From contig JAEMSX010000004.1 of assembly GCA_016462645.1 (NCBI GenBank), forward strand, positions 18,733 through 82,732: a stretch of DNA of 64,000 nucleotides. The letters are read 5' to 3'. Positions within the stretch are counted from its first letter, which is position 1; each line of letters begins with the position of its first letter. The notes below the pieces were generated by a model. It did not search any database and had not been told where the DNA came from. It worked only from the letters and a program-made list of their open reading frames with translations. The stretch comes from Thermoleophilaceae bacterium. Its GTDB lineage: Bacteria > Actinomycetota > Thermoleophilia > Solirubrobacterales > JACPNS01. The translations under genes were made by a program, and so were the position numbers. Below are positions 56,286 to 64,000 of the stretch, piece by piece.

Positions 56286-56786
56286 ATGTCCATAACCGTC
56301 ATCCTCGACGACATCCGCAGCACCTACAACGTGGGCGCGATCGCCCGCACGCTCGATGCCGTCGGCGGCGGGCGGATCATCTGCGCCGGAATCACGCCGT
56401 ACCCGTATCTCGGCCCCGGCGACGACCGCAGTCCGGTCGTGATCAGCGCGAACAACAAGGCGATCCAGAAGACCGCTCTCGGCGCGGACGCGACGGTCGA
56501 CTTCGCTCATGCGGCAGACGTCGATGCCGCGCTCGAGCTGCTCCCCGAAGGAACGCAGACTTTCGCGCTCGAGCAGGACGACCGCTCGATCGAGTTGTTC
56601 GACCTCAAGCACGCCGCCAAGGACGTGGCGCTGCTGCTCGGGAGCGAGACCCGAGGGATCACGGAAGAGACGCTTGAGCGCTGCGACGCGATCATCGAGA
56701 TCCCGCAGTACGGCGAGAAGGAGTCGCTGAACGTCTCGGTCGCCGCGGGGATCGCGCTGTACCACCTGCGCCGCGCCCAGCCTTAG
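56286..56786 (+). CDS. SpoU/TrmH-family RNA methyltransferase (short form)
   Basis: LDDIRSTYNVGAIARTLDAVG, LLLGSETRGI and SLNVSVAAGIALY (SPOUT motifs). Confidence 0.75.
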   Translation: MSITVILDDIRSTYNVGAIARTLDAVGGGRIICAGITPYPYLGPGDDRSPVVISANNKAIQKTALGADATVDFAHAADVDAALELLPEGTQTFALEQDDRSIELFDLKHAAKDVALLLGSETRGITEETLERCDAIIEIPQYGEKESLNVSVAAGIALYHLRRAQP

Positions 56787-56796
56787 ACTGGCCGGC

Positions 56797-57168
56797 ATGC
56801 AACCTTCAGGGCACTTTCAGAGGCACCAGCACCCGATGTTGGTGATCGTCATCTTCCTCGCGTTCGCGTTCGGCGCGCTCGTTCTCATCCTCGCGAACAA
56901 CACCGCGCCCGACACCGGTTCAGGTGGGACGCCCGGGGTTGAGACCTCGATGGACTGCGAGCGAGGTACGCCGGAGGGCTTCGCGCTCTCCGATGTCGAG
57001 GGCAAAACGCTCGATGAAGCCGAGGCCTGGGCGGCGAGCACCGGACGAACGATTCGCGTGGTCATTGAAGACGGGAAGGCCTTGGCGGTGACTGCCGACT
57101 ACAGCCCGGACCGGGTCAACACGCAAGTCGAAGCTGGCGTGGTGACCCGGTACTGCGGGAATGGCTAA
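56797..57168 (+). CDS. Membrane-anchored protein with a C-terminal I78-like (peptidase-inhibitor-fold) domain (tentative)
   Basis: One TM, then GKTLDEAEAWAASTGRTIRVVIEDGKALAVTADYSPDRVNTQVEAGVVTRY, which resembles the I78 family pattern (..R[IV]i.pG..vT.DYrpdRlN...d....I). Confidence 0.45.
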   Translation: MQPSGHFQRHQHPMLVIVIFLAFAFGALVLILANNTAPDTGSGGTPGVETSMDCERGTPEGFALSDVEGKTLDEAEAWAASTGRTIRVVIEDGKALAVTADYSPDRVNTQVEAGVVTRYCGNG

Positions 57169-57920
57169 ACCGTCGGCGGCGCGGGCGGCGCGGGCGGCAC
57201 GGGCGGCGTCGGCGGTGCTGCTGCGGCCGGGGCGGCCACGGCGCCGTCGCTCGGCGGGATCGTGCCGCTGTACCCGAGTTCGGCGAGCTTGCGGTTGACC
57301 TCGTCATCGGAGAACTTCGGCCAGTCCTCGGTGAGCAGTCCGTACCAGACCTGAGTGCGGTAGACGAAGCCCAGGCAGAAGTTCAGCGCGTCCTGCAGGC
57401 CCTTGGGCTGCTTGCCGGTGATCACGATCGCGAACCAGGCAACGATCGCGACGACTTCGGCGACGATCGTCAGCACGTAGGCAACAATGTAGAACGGGAT
57501 GTAGAGGATGATTCGGAAGAACACCTTCACCCGGCTGTACGCGTCCTTTGGCGGTCCGATCAGCAGGTGTGCGGCGTAGGGCACATCGGGACTCCCGCTG
57601 AATCCCGGGAACTTGTCCGTGGCGAGAAACGCATAGGCGTTGACCCGCGTTGCGTATCGGTGGAAGTTCGAAAGGAACCCGTAGGCGCCTTCGGGGAACT
57701 TCGCCGTGAACAGCAGCACAAACCACGCGTAGATCGTCACGAGAGCCGCGCCGATCCCGTAGATCGCGAGCCAGATCATCGGCGGGATCACGGTCAGGAA
57801 CCGGAAGAAGGTCGTCAGCCGACTGCGTTTGTGCTCGTAGTCGACGAAATATGCGACGGAGTCGGGCGGAAGAGCGAACGATGAATCCAGAGCCGGATTC
57901 ACCTCGGGAAAGTCAGACAT
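57165..57920 (-). CDS. DUF4389-like integral membrane protein with a Pro/Ala-rich C-terminal tail
   Basis: The internal ATG (MSDFPEV) gives 251 aa. RSRLTTFFRFLTVIPPMIWLAIYGI and repeated TM pairs are typical of DUF4389. The upstream part of the ORF is low-complexity. Confidence 0.62.
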   Translation of the reverse strand: MSDFPEVNPALDSSFALPPDSVAYFVDYEHKRSRLTTFFRFLTVIPPMIWLAIYGIGAALVTIYAWFVLLFTAKFPEGAYGFLSNFHRYATRVNAYAFLATDKFPGFSGSPDVPYAAHLLIGPPKDAYSRVKVFFRIILYIPFYIVAYVLTIVAEVVAIVAWFAIVITGKQPKGLQDALNFCLGFVYRTQVWYGLLTEDWPKFSDDEVNRKLAELGYSGTIPPSDGAVAAPAAAAPPTPPVPPAPPAPPTV

Positions 57921-58014
57921 ATGTACAGATTCCTCTCGGGGATAATTGAGCAGCAGACTTGCGACCATCATTACGGATTCATCGGCGTCGCGCCGTGATC
58001 TACGATCCACGCCG

Positions 58015-59937
58015 ATGAACGTCACGCTTCCAGACGGCACAGTTCTTGAACTCGCCGAAGGCGCGACCGGGGGAGACGCCGCGCTCGCGATCGGCGAAGG
58101 GCTCGCCCGCGCCGCGCTCGCGATCGAGGTCAACGGCGACCTGCGCGATCTCGCGCGCCCACTTCCCGACGATGCCCGGATCAGCATCATCACCGGCAAG
58201 TCCCCGGAGGCGCTCGAACTCGTGCGCCACGACACGGCGCACGTGCTGGCCGCCGCGGTCATGGAGCTCTACCCGGGCGTGAAGATCAGCATCGGCCCGC
58301 CGATCGAGAACGGCTTCTACTACGACTTCGAGTTCCCGGAGGGCGCCGAGATCTCCGACGCCGACTTCCCGCGCATCGAAGCGAAGATGAAGGAGCACAT
58401 CAAGGCCAAGGAGCAGTTCTCCCGGCAGGATGTGACGACCGGCGAGGCGATGGACAAATTCGCCCACGAGGGTCAGGACTACAAGGTCGAGTTGATCGAG
58501 GACCTGATCAAGAACGAGGGCGCCGACACCGTCAGCCTCTACACGAATGGCCCCTTCACCGACCTCTGCCGCGGCCCGCACGCCACGGACACTTCAAAGA
58601 TCAAGGCTTTCAAGCTCACGAGCATCGCCGGGGCGTACTGGCGCGGGGACTCGAACCGCACGATGCTCACGCGCATCTACGGCACGGCGTTCCTCTCCAA
58701 GGAAGATCTTGCCAATCACCTCGAGATGATCGAGGAGGCGAAGAAGCGCGATCACCGTCGCCTGGGCAAACAGCTCGACCTCTTTCATTTCAACGAGCTC
58801 TCCCCAGGTTCGCCGTTCTGGCACCCGAACGGAATGAAGATCTGGGGCGCGCTCCAGGAACTCTGGTCGACTGAGAACGCTCGCCGTGGATTCAACCGAG
58901 TGAAGACGCCGATCCTTCTCGACGTCGACCTCTGGAAGATCAGCGGCCACTGGGACAAGTACCGCGACAACATGTACTTCACGGACATCGAGGATCGCCC
59001 GATGGGCATCAAGCCGATGAACTGCCCGGCGCACATCCAGATCTACAAGAACGAGCGCCGCAGCTACCGCGATCTGCCGATCCGTTACTCAGAAGACGGC
59101 CTCGTCCATCGTCACGAGCCCTCGGGCACGCTTCACGGCTTGATGCGAGTCCGCCACATCACCCAGGACGACGCACACATCTTCTGCACCGAAGACCAGA
59201 TTCAGCAGGAGGTGATCGACTGCCTGCGCTTTGGATTCTTCATCTACGAGGTCTTCGGCTTCGAGCCCAGTCTCGAGCTCTCGACGCGTCCAGAGCAGCG
59301 CGTCGGAACCGACGAAATGTGGGATCGCGCCGAAGGGATTCTCGAGAGTGCGCTCAAGAAGGAGAATCTTGACTACGAGGTGAACGAAGGCGACGGTGCG
59401 TTCTACGGGCCGAAGATCGATCTGCATATGAAGGATTCGCTGGGACGAAGCTGGCAGTTGGGGACGGTCCAACTCGACTTCTCGATGCCGGAGCGGTTCG
59501 ACCTCACGTACACCGGCCCCGACAACGAGGACCAGCGCCCGGTGATGATCCACCGCGCCCTGTTCGGGTCATTCGAGCGCTTCATCGGAATCCTGATCGA
59601 GCACTTCGGCGGCGACTTCCCGTTGTGGCTGGCGCCCACGCAGGTGCAGCTGATCCCGGTCAGCGACAAACACAACGGCGAGGCACAGAAGCTCGCCGAT
59701 CGCCTGGCCGACGACGGCCTGCGCGCGATCGTGGACACACGCACCGAATCGGTCGGCAAGAAGATTCGCGAAGCAGAACTCGCCAAAGCGCCCTACATGT
59801 GGGTCGTCGGCGATGAAGAAGTGGAGACGGGCACGGTTGCCCCGCGCAAGCGCCATCAGACCGAAGATGGCGCGCGCGTATCGATCGAGGACGCGATCAG
59901 CGCACTGCTCGACGAAGTCGCGTCACGCGCCCGTTGA
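58015..59937 (+). CDS. thrS: Threonine--tRNA ligase
   Basis: TGS domain (MNVTLPDGTVLEL), class II motifs (HRRLG, FRHEPSG, GAFYGPKID) and an anticodon-binding C-terminus. Confidence 0.95.
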   Translation: MNVTLPDGTVLELAEGATGGDAALAIGEGLARAALAIEVNGDLRDLARPLPDDARISIITGKSPEALELVRHDTAHVLAAAVMELYPGVKISIGPPIENGFYYDFEFPEGAEISDADFPRIEAKMKEHIKAKEQFSRQDVTTGEAMDKFAHEGQDYKVELIEDLIKNEGADTVSLYTNGPFTDLCRGPHATDTSKIKAFKLTSIAGAYWRGDSNRTMLTRIYGTAFLSKEDLANHLEMIEEAKKRDHRRLGKQLDLFHFNELSPGSPFWHPNGMKIWGALQELWSTENARRGFNRVKTPILLDVDLWKISGHWDKYRDNMYFTDIEDRPMGIKPMNCPAHIQIYKNERRSYRDLPIRYSEDGLVHRHEPSGTLHGLMRVRHITQDDAHIFCTEDQIQQEVIDCLRFGFFIYEVFGFEPSLELSTRPEQRVGTDEMWDRAEGILESALKKENLDYEVNEGDGAFYGPKIDLHMKDSLGRSWQLGTVQLDFSMPERFDLTYTGPDNEDQRPVMIHRALFGSFERFIGILIEHFGGDFPLWLAPTQVQLIPVSDKHNGEAQKLADRLADDGLRAIVDTRTESVGKKIREAELAKAPYMWVVGDEEVETGTVAPRKRHQTEDGARVSIEDAISALLDEVASRAR

Positions 59938-61274
59938 ACGCGTTGATCCGCGACAAACGCCTTCCAGTCTGGCTTCTCGCTGCGGCGACGGTGCTGTCAA
60001 TCCCATTGCTGCTCCACTTCCAGCGCGAGTCCGGGATCTGGCAGGACGAGTGGACCTTCTTGCTCTGGCGCGATGGCTGGAGCCTCAATGACATCTTCGG
60101 CGATTTCAACGGTCATCTGCTGCCGCTGACGCCGATCGTCTTCAACATCGATCGCGAGCTCTTTTATCCAGGGGCAACGGGCTTGCTCACGGCGTGTTCG
60201 TTGACCGCTCAGGTCGCGGTGGTCTGGGGCGCGTTCGCCTATGCGCGCAAGCGAGTGGGCGAGTGGATCGCCGCTGGTGGTGCCCTGCTGCTCTTGTTCT
60301 ATGGCTCGGGCTATGAGCTGATCGTCTGGAACTTCAACTTCGGCTGGATGACGGCGATCGCGGCCGGAATCTGGGCGATCGTCTTCTTCGAGTCGTCCGA
60401 CACCACGAAGAATCAGATCATCGCGTCCGTGCTGCTGGTGATCGCGCTGTTCGGTGACAACAACGCTTTGGTGTTCGTGGCCGCGATCCTGGCCTACGCG
60501 CTGTTCAAGGAAACGCGCCGGCGCGCGATCAACGTCGTTGCGACGCCGCTGGTGCTGTTCGGGATCTGGTGGCTGATCGAGGGAACCTCGCAGGCTTTTC
60601 ATCCGAAGACGCTCCCCGACTGGGTCGCGTCGATGATCGAATCGACGTTCGCAGGACTGACGGGCGACATCGGCGGCGTGAACTCATGGGGCACTCCGCT
60701 TGCCGTGCTGGTAGTCGGCGTGATGATCTACCTGTTTGCAAAAGAGCGGACGATTCGCCCGTCGCTCGCCAGTGCCCTCTCGATGCCGATTGTCTACGTA
60801 GCCGTCGTGACGATCGGTCGCGGGGGCGTTGCAGATCCTTCCGCATCGCGCTATCGCTACACGTTGATACTGCTGGTCGGACTCGCACTCGCAGAGCAGC
60901 TCCGAGGCAAGCGACTCTCCACGCCCGGGGCGCGGATCTCATTCGTGTTGGTACTGGGATTCATGCTGGTGTCGAATCTCGCGACGATGGCCGATGGCGC
61001 CGCCTCGATCCGCGGAGGCTTCGCTTACAACCGTGTGTATGCGACGGCGCTCGTCCGTGCCGGCGAGAAAGTCGCTACGAACACCGACTTCCTTTCGATT
61101 GATCCCGGCCTCGGCCTGAACACGCGCGCCGCCAACGCGGACGCGTACCGCTTTCTGACTGAGGGCGGCGGAGAGAAGTGGGCGTGGACTCCTGAACAGC
61201 TGGCGGCGCAGCCGCCCGCCGTGCAGCTGCAGGTCCAAGAAATGGTCCAGAAGATGAAGAGTCAGTCGCCTTGA
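59934..61274 (+). CDS. Polytopic integral membrane protein of unknown function (about 12 TM)
   Basis: 446 aa with many hydrophobic segments. The layout could fit a GT-C-like glycosyltransferase, but I recognise no diagnostic motif. Confidence 0.55.
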   Translation: MNALIRDKRLPVWLLAAATVLSIPLLLHFQRESGIWQDEWTFLLWRDGWSLNDIFGDFNGHLLPLTPIVFNIDRELFYPGATGLLTACSLTAQVAVVWGAFAYARKRVGEWIAAGGALLLLFYGSGYELIVWNFNFGWMTAIAAGIWAIVFFESSDTTKNQIIASVLLVIALFGDNNALVFVAAILAYALFKETRRRAINVVATPLVLFGIWWLIEGTSQAFHPKTLPDWVASMIESTFAGLTGDIGGVNSWGTPLAVLVVGVMIYLFAKERTIRPSLASALSMPIVYVAVVTIGRGGVADPSASRYRYTLILLVGLALAEQLRGKRLSTPGARISFVLVLGFMLVSNLATMADGAASIRGGFAYNRVYATALVRAGEKVATNTDFLSIDPGLGLNTRAANADAYRFLTEGGGEKWAWTPEQLAAQPPAVQLQVQEMVQKMKSQSP

Positions 61275-61378
61275 CCTTCTCTCGCCCGCACTTCGGTATC
61301 CTTATTCCACTTGCTTCTTTCAGCGCCAAAATCCAAGATGACCTCTGCGACCGCCGTCGCAGCGATAGGCGCTAGCTA

Positions 61379-62104
61379 GTGGCAGTTCCTCGCAGGTTTG
61401 ACCGTCGTCCCCCGGAGCGGGACAACACTCGTATCAACGAGCGCATCCGCGTGAAGGAAGTGCGACTGATCGGTGATGACGGTTCTCAGGTTGGCGTTCT
61501 GCCGATCGAAGAAGCTTTGAAGTACGCGCAGGAGCGCGACCTCGACCTGGTCGAAGTCGCCGGCGACGCGCGTCCTCCGGTCTGCCGCGTGCTCGACTAC
61601 TCGAAGTACAAGTACGAGCAGGCGCAGAAGGCGAAGTCCGCCAAGAAGCACCAGACGCAGATCACGATCCGCGAGATCAAGCTGCGCCCGAAGATTGCGA
61701 CGCACGACTACGACACCAAGAAGGGTCACGTCGTGCGTTTCTTGAAGCACGCCGACAAGGTCAAGGTCACGATCATGTTCCGCGGTCGCGAACGTGAACA
61801 TCCCGAGCGTGGACGCGACCTGCTGATGAAACTGGCCGAAGAGGTCCAGGAGCTCGGCACGATCGAGCAGCACCCGCTTCAGGAGGGTCGCAACATGACC
61901 ATGGTCCTCGGTCCCACCAAGGAAGCGATCAAGCAGCACTCCGACGACGTCGCCAAGCACGAGGAAGAGTCGAAGAAGGCCAAGCGTGAACGCAAGGCCG
62001 CCGAAGCTCGTGCGCACGAAGAGCGCGTTGCGGCCATGAAGGCCGAAGAAGAGGCAGCGGACGGCGAAAAAGCCACCGCTGCAGCCGAAACTGACGCTTC
62101 ATAA
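61379..62104 (+). CDS. infC: Translation initiation factor IF-3 with a Lys/Glu-rich C-terminal extension
   Basis: [46 protein letters not shown] and [10 protein letters not shown]. There is no in-frame ATG upstream of the core. The GTG at 61379 is the first possible canonical start. Confidence 0.9.
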   Translation: MAVPRRFDRRPPERDNTRINERIRVKEVRLIGDDGSQVGVLPIEEALKYAQERDLDLVEVAGDARPPVCRVLDYSKYKYEQAQKAKSAKKHQTQITIREIKLRPKIATHDYDTKKGHVVRFLKHADKVKVTIMFRGREREHPERGRDLLMKLAEEVQELGTIEQHPLQEGRNMTMVLGPTKEAIKQHSDDVAKHEEESKKAKRERKAAEARAHEERVAAMKAEEEAADGEKATAAAETDAS

Positions 62105-62161
62105 GCGTCGGTATCCCCGCCACCTCACGCCCGCGGCGCCGAAGCCCTCTGTCACGCTCCA

Positions 62162-62308
62162 TTGCATGCCTCTGGCATGCAACGCGGATCGGCCGATTGA
62201 AGGCCCTTGTTCAAGCGGAATCCGTTGCATGCCTGAGGCATGCAACGAGAGCCGCGTAGGTAAGGGGCGGATTTCAGCGCACATCGCTTGCATGCCGGAG
62301 GCATGCAA
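62162..62308. repeat. Three 21-nt perfect palindromes TTGCATGCC-NNN-GGCATGCAA spaced exactly 63 nt apart
   Basis: Copies at 62162-62182, 62225-62245 and 62288-62308. The 9-nt arms are identical and the loops are TCT, TGA and GGA. The two spacers are 42 nt each and are not similar to each other. Confidence 0.9.
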
Positions 62309-62397
62309 AAAGAGGGGGTGGTGCTCGATTTTCGGGTTGAAGGAAGTGATGCGCGATTGGGGGCGCAAACGCGGGTGTGCTTTAATGCCCCTTCGAT

Positions 62398-62592
62398 ATG
62401 CCTAAGCAAAAGACACATTCCGGCGCGAAAAAGCGCTTCACCGTCAGCGGAACCGGCAAGGTCCGTGGACGCCACGGCATGTCCTCGCACAACCTTGAGC
62501 ACAAGTCTGCGAAGCGCAAGCGCGATTTTGCCCGTCCGATCACGATGGACAAGGACACCGCGCCCCGCATCAAGAAGCTGCTCGGTAAGTAA
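62398..62592 (+). CDS. rpmI: 50S ribosomal protein L35
   Basis: MPKQKTHSGAKKRFTVSGTGKVRGRH. Confidence 0.93.
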   Translation: MPKQKTHSGAKKRFTVSGTGKVRGRHGMSSHNLEHKSAKRKRDFARPITMDKDTAPRIKKLLGK

Positions 62593-62613
62593 GAACCTTC
62601 TAGGAGTTTTTGT

Positions 62614-62970
62614 ATGACCCGTTCAACCAACGCAGTTGCATCACGCCGTCGTCGCAAGGCCGTTCTTGCGCGCGCCAAGGGCTACCGCGGTGAGAAGAAC
62701 TCGTCGTACCGCCGCGCCAAGGAGCAGCTGCTCAAGTCAGACAGCTACGCCTACCGCGACCGCCGCAACAAGAAGCGCGACTTCCGTCGCCTCTGGATCA
62801 CGCGTATCAACGCAGCCGCCCGTCAGGAAGGCATGACGTACTCGCAGCTGATCAACGGCCTGAACAAGGCCGGCATTGAGGTCGACCGCAAGATGCTCGC
62901 CGACATCGCGGTGCACGACACCGAGGCATTCCGACGCTTTACCGACGCCGCCCGCGAGGCGGTTGCCTGA
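62614..62970 (+). CDS. rplT: 50S ribosomal protein L20
   Basis: [26 protein letters not shown]...[22 protein letters not shown]. Confidence 0.95.
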   Translation: MTRSTNAVASRRRRKAVLARAKGYRGEKNSSYRRAKEQLLKSDSYAYRDRRNKKRDFRRLWITRINAAARQEGMTYSQLINGLNKAGIEVDRKMLADIAVHDTEAFRRFTDAAREAVA

Positions 62971-63005
62971 GCTGCTCACAAGCAACTCTTGCATCCGACT
63001 GACCC

Positions 63006-63035
63006 GGGCGCCCTGCACAGCAAGGCGCCCTTTTT
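63006..63035 (+). terminator. Intrinsic terminator after rplT
   Basis: GGGCGCC-(11-nt loop)-GGCGCCC followed by TTTTT. Confidence 0.7.
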
Positions 63036-63051
63036 ATTGCTCTAAACCGAC

Positions 63052-63804
63052 TTGATGATTACCTCAAAAGACAACCAGCAGATCAAAGATCTGAAAAAGC
63101 TTCAGGAGAAGCGCTTCCGCATGCGCCGCAAGCAGTTCGTCGCCGAGGGCGAAGATCTGATCGCGGCTGCGCTTGCGGCTGGTTGGGTGCCGGACCGGAT
63201 CTTCCACGCACCGGACGCGCCCGAGTGGATCGCCGAGCAGCCGTCTGCCTGGGCCGTCGAATATGGCGTTCTGGCCGAAGCCTCTGGTCTGGGGTCAGGC
63301 TCGCGCGCAATTGCAGTCTTCGACGAGGCCGAAAGCGGCGATGTGGAGATCGGTCAGCTTGCGCTCTACGTTGAGGGTGTCTCCGACCCCGGCAACGTCG
63401 GCACCCTGATCCGGTCGGCGGCAGCCTTCTCGGACTCGCCCGTCCTGCTCGGCCCCGGCTGCGCCGAGCCGTGGTCGCCAAAGGCCCTCCGCGCCGGAAT
63501 GGGCGCAACCTTCGCCAATCCGCCCGTCATAGAGGCAACCTTGTCGTATCCGGGTGTGACGATTGTTGCGCTGGACGGGTCTGGGGACATCGAGATCGCG
63601 GACGTCGATGTTGAGGGTCCTGTCGTAATCTGCGCGGGCGCCGAGCGCGAGGGGCTTGCCCCGGAAACGCTCGAGCGGGCTGACCTCGTGGCGTGCATCC
63701 CGATGCTCGAGACCGGCCCCGAATCGCTCAACGTCGCAATGGCCGCAACGGTCGCTTTGTACCAGCTTGCGGGAATCACGAACTCAACTGAGAAACAAGC
63801 CTGA
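63052..63804 (+). CDS. TrmH/SpoU-family rRNA methyltransferase (TTG start)
   Basis: GVSDPGNVGTLIRSAAAF, ICAGAEREGL and SLNVAMAATVALY. Conserved position between rplT and pheS in actinobacteria. Confidence 0.8.
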   Translation: MMITSKDNQQIKDLKKLQEKRFRMRRKQFVAEGEDLIAAALAAGWVPDRIFHAPDAPEWIAEQPSAWAVEYGVLAEASGLGSGSRAIAVFDEAESGDVEIGQLALYVEGVSDPGNVGTLIRSAAAFSDSPVLLGPGCAEPWSPKALRAGMGATFANPPVIEATLSYPGVTIVALDGSGDIEIADVDVEGPVVICAGAEREGLAPETLERADLVACIPMLETGPESLNVAMAATVALYQLAGITNSTEKQA

Positions 63805-63805
63805 G

Positions 63806-64000
63806 ATGTCTGAAACTGTCGAAAAGATCCAGTCAATTGAGAGTGCCGGCGCCTCGGCGATCGGTTCCGTCGCCTCGCTCGCAGAACTCGAGGACGTGCG
63901 CATCCACTTCCTCGGTCGCAAGGCCGAACTGAACGACATCCTGAAATCGATCGCGACGCTGCCGCCCGAGGAGAAGGGCCCGGTCGGAAAAGCCGGAAAC
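63806..64000 (+). CDS. pheS: Phenylalanine--tRNA ligase alpha subunit, N-terminal part (runs off the window)
   Basis: I read this frame by hand because it has no stop inside the window: MSETVEKIQSIESAGASAIGSVASLAELEDVRIHFLGRKAELNDILKSI..PPEEKGPVGK, a typical PheS N-terminal coiled region. Confidence 0.85.
   Translation, partial: MSETVEKIQSIESAGASAIGSVASLAELEDVRIHFLGRKAELNDILKSIATLPPEEKGPVGKAGN

Noticed and set aside
62162-62308. Reading the three spaced repeats as a mini CRISPR array.
   Set aside because: There are only three copies. The repeats are 21 nt and fully palindromic, and the spacers are twice the repeat length. There are no cas genes or leader in the window, and the location is inside a ribosomal-protein operon. 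A regulatory or REP-like element is more parsimonious.
62166-62405. A 79-aa ORF with the motif C-M-P-E-A-C recurring every 21 residues, considered as a multi-core peptide (RiPP-like) precursor.
   Set aside because: The repeat is a by-product of the DNA palindrome, and the opposite strand gives an equally repetitive LHASGMQ ORF. By my count only about 63 percent of its third-codon positions are G or C, well below what the flanking genes show by eye. It has no SD, and its end overlaps the rpmI start.

Overview
This is a GC-rich, Actinomycetota-like chromosomal segment (the taxon is my inference from gene order and composition). Most of it is a conserved housekeeping backbone: ribH, rpmB, yloV-like, recG, rsmD, coaD, a SepIVA-like coiled-coil gene, DUF177/yceD, rpmF, plsX, acpP, rnc, smc, ftsY, ffh, rpsP, a KH-domain gene, rimM, trmD, rplS, two lepB copies, rnhB, yraN, comM, dprA, xerC, a WhiG/FliA sigma factor, then thrS, infC, rpmI, rplT, a trmH-family gene and pheS. 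Accessory blocks interrupt this backbone:
- An amino-acid ABC transporter plus an SDR.
- A 12-repeat NHL protein with cupin and SnoaL-like genes.
- An SDR with HtpX and LemA.
- An NfeD/SPFH pair.
- ilvD, a hydrolase, a 5-FCL-like gene and an L,D-transpeptidase.
- An 11 kb block holding two unknown genes, an RNase H, four tandem secreted GH16-like paralogs, a beta-helix protein, an SDR and a DUF1269 gene. This block sits around a tRNA-Gly/Cys/Val group.

I found no CRISPR array, integrase, transposase or recognisable defence system. The observations I rate highest:
1. Three identical 21-nt palindromes spaced exactly 63 nt apart in an unusually long infC-rpmI spacer.
2. The four-gene GH16-like array. 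One member has a signal peptide that can only be translated from a non-canonical ATC/ATA/ATT start.
3. A tRNA-Cys and tRNA-Val pair separated by about 3.9 kb of cargo, with a structured 194-nt element directly after tRNA-Cys.
4. A tRNA-Val(GAC) with C instead of U at position 33.
5. Ribosomal protein L19 carrying an acidic tail of about 110 aa.

All functional calls rest on motifs read from the supplied translations. No database search was run.
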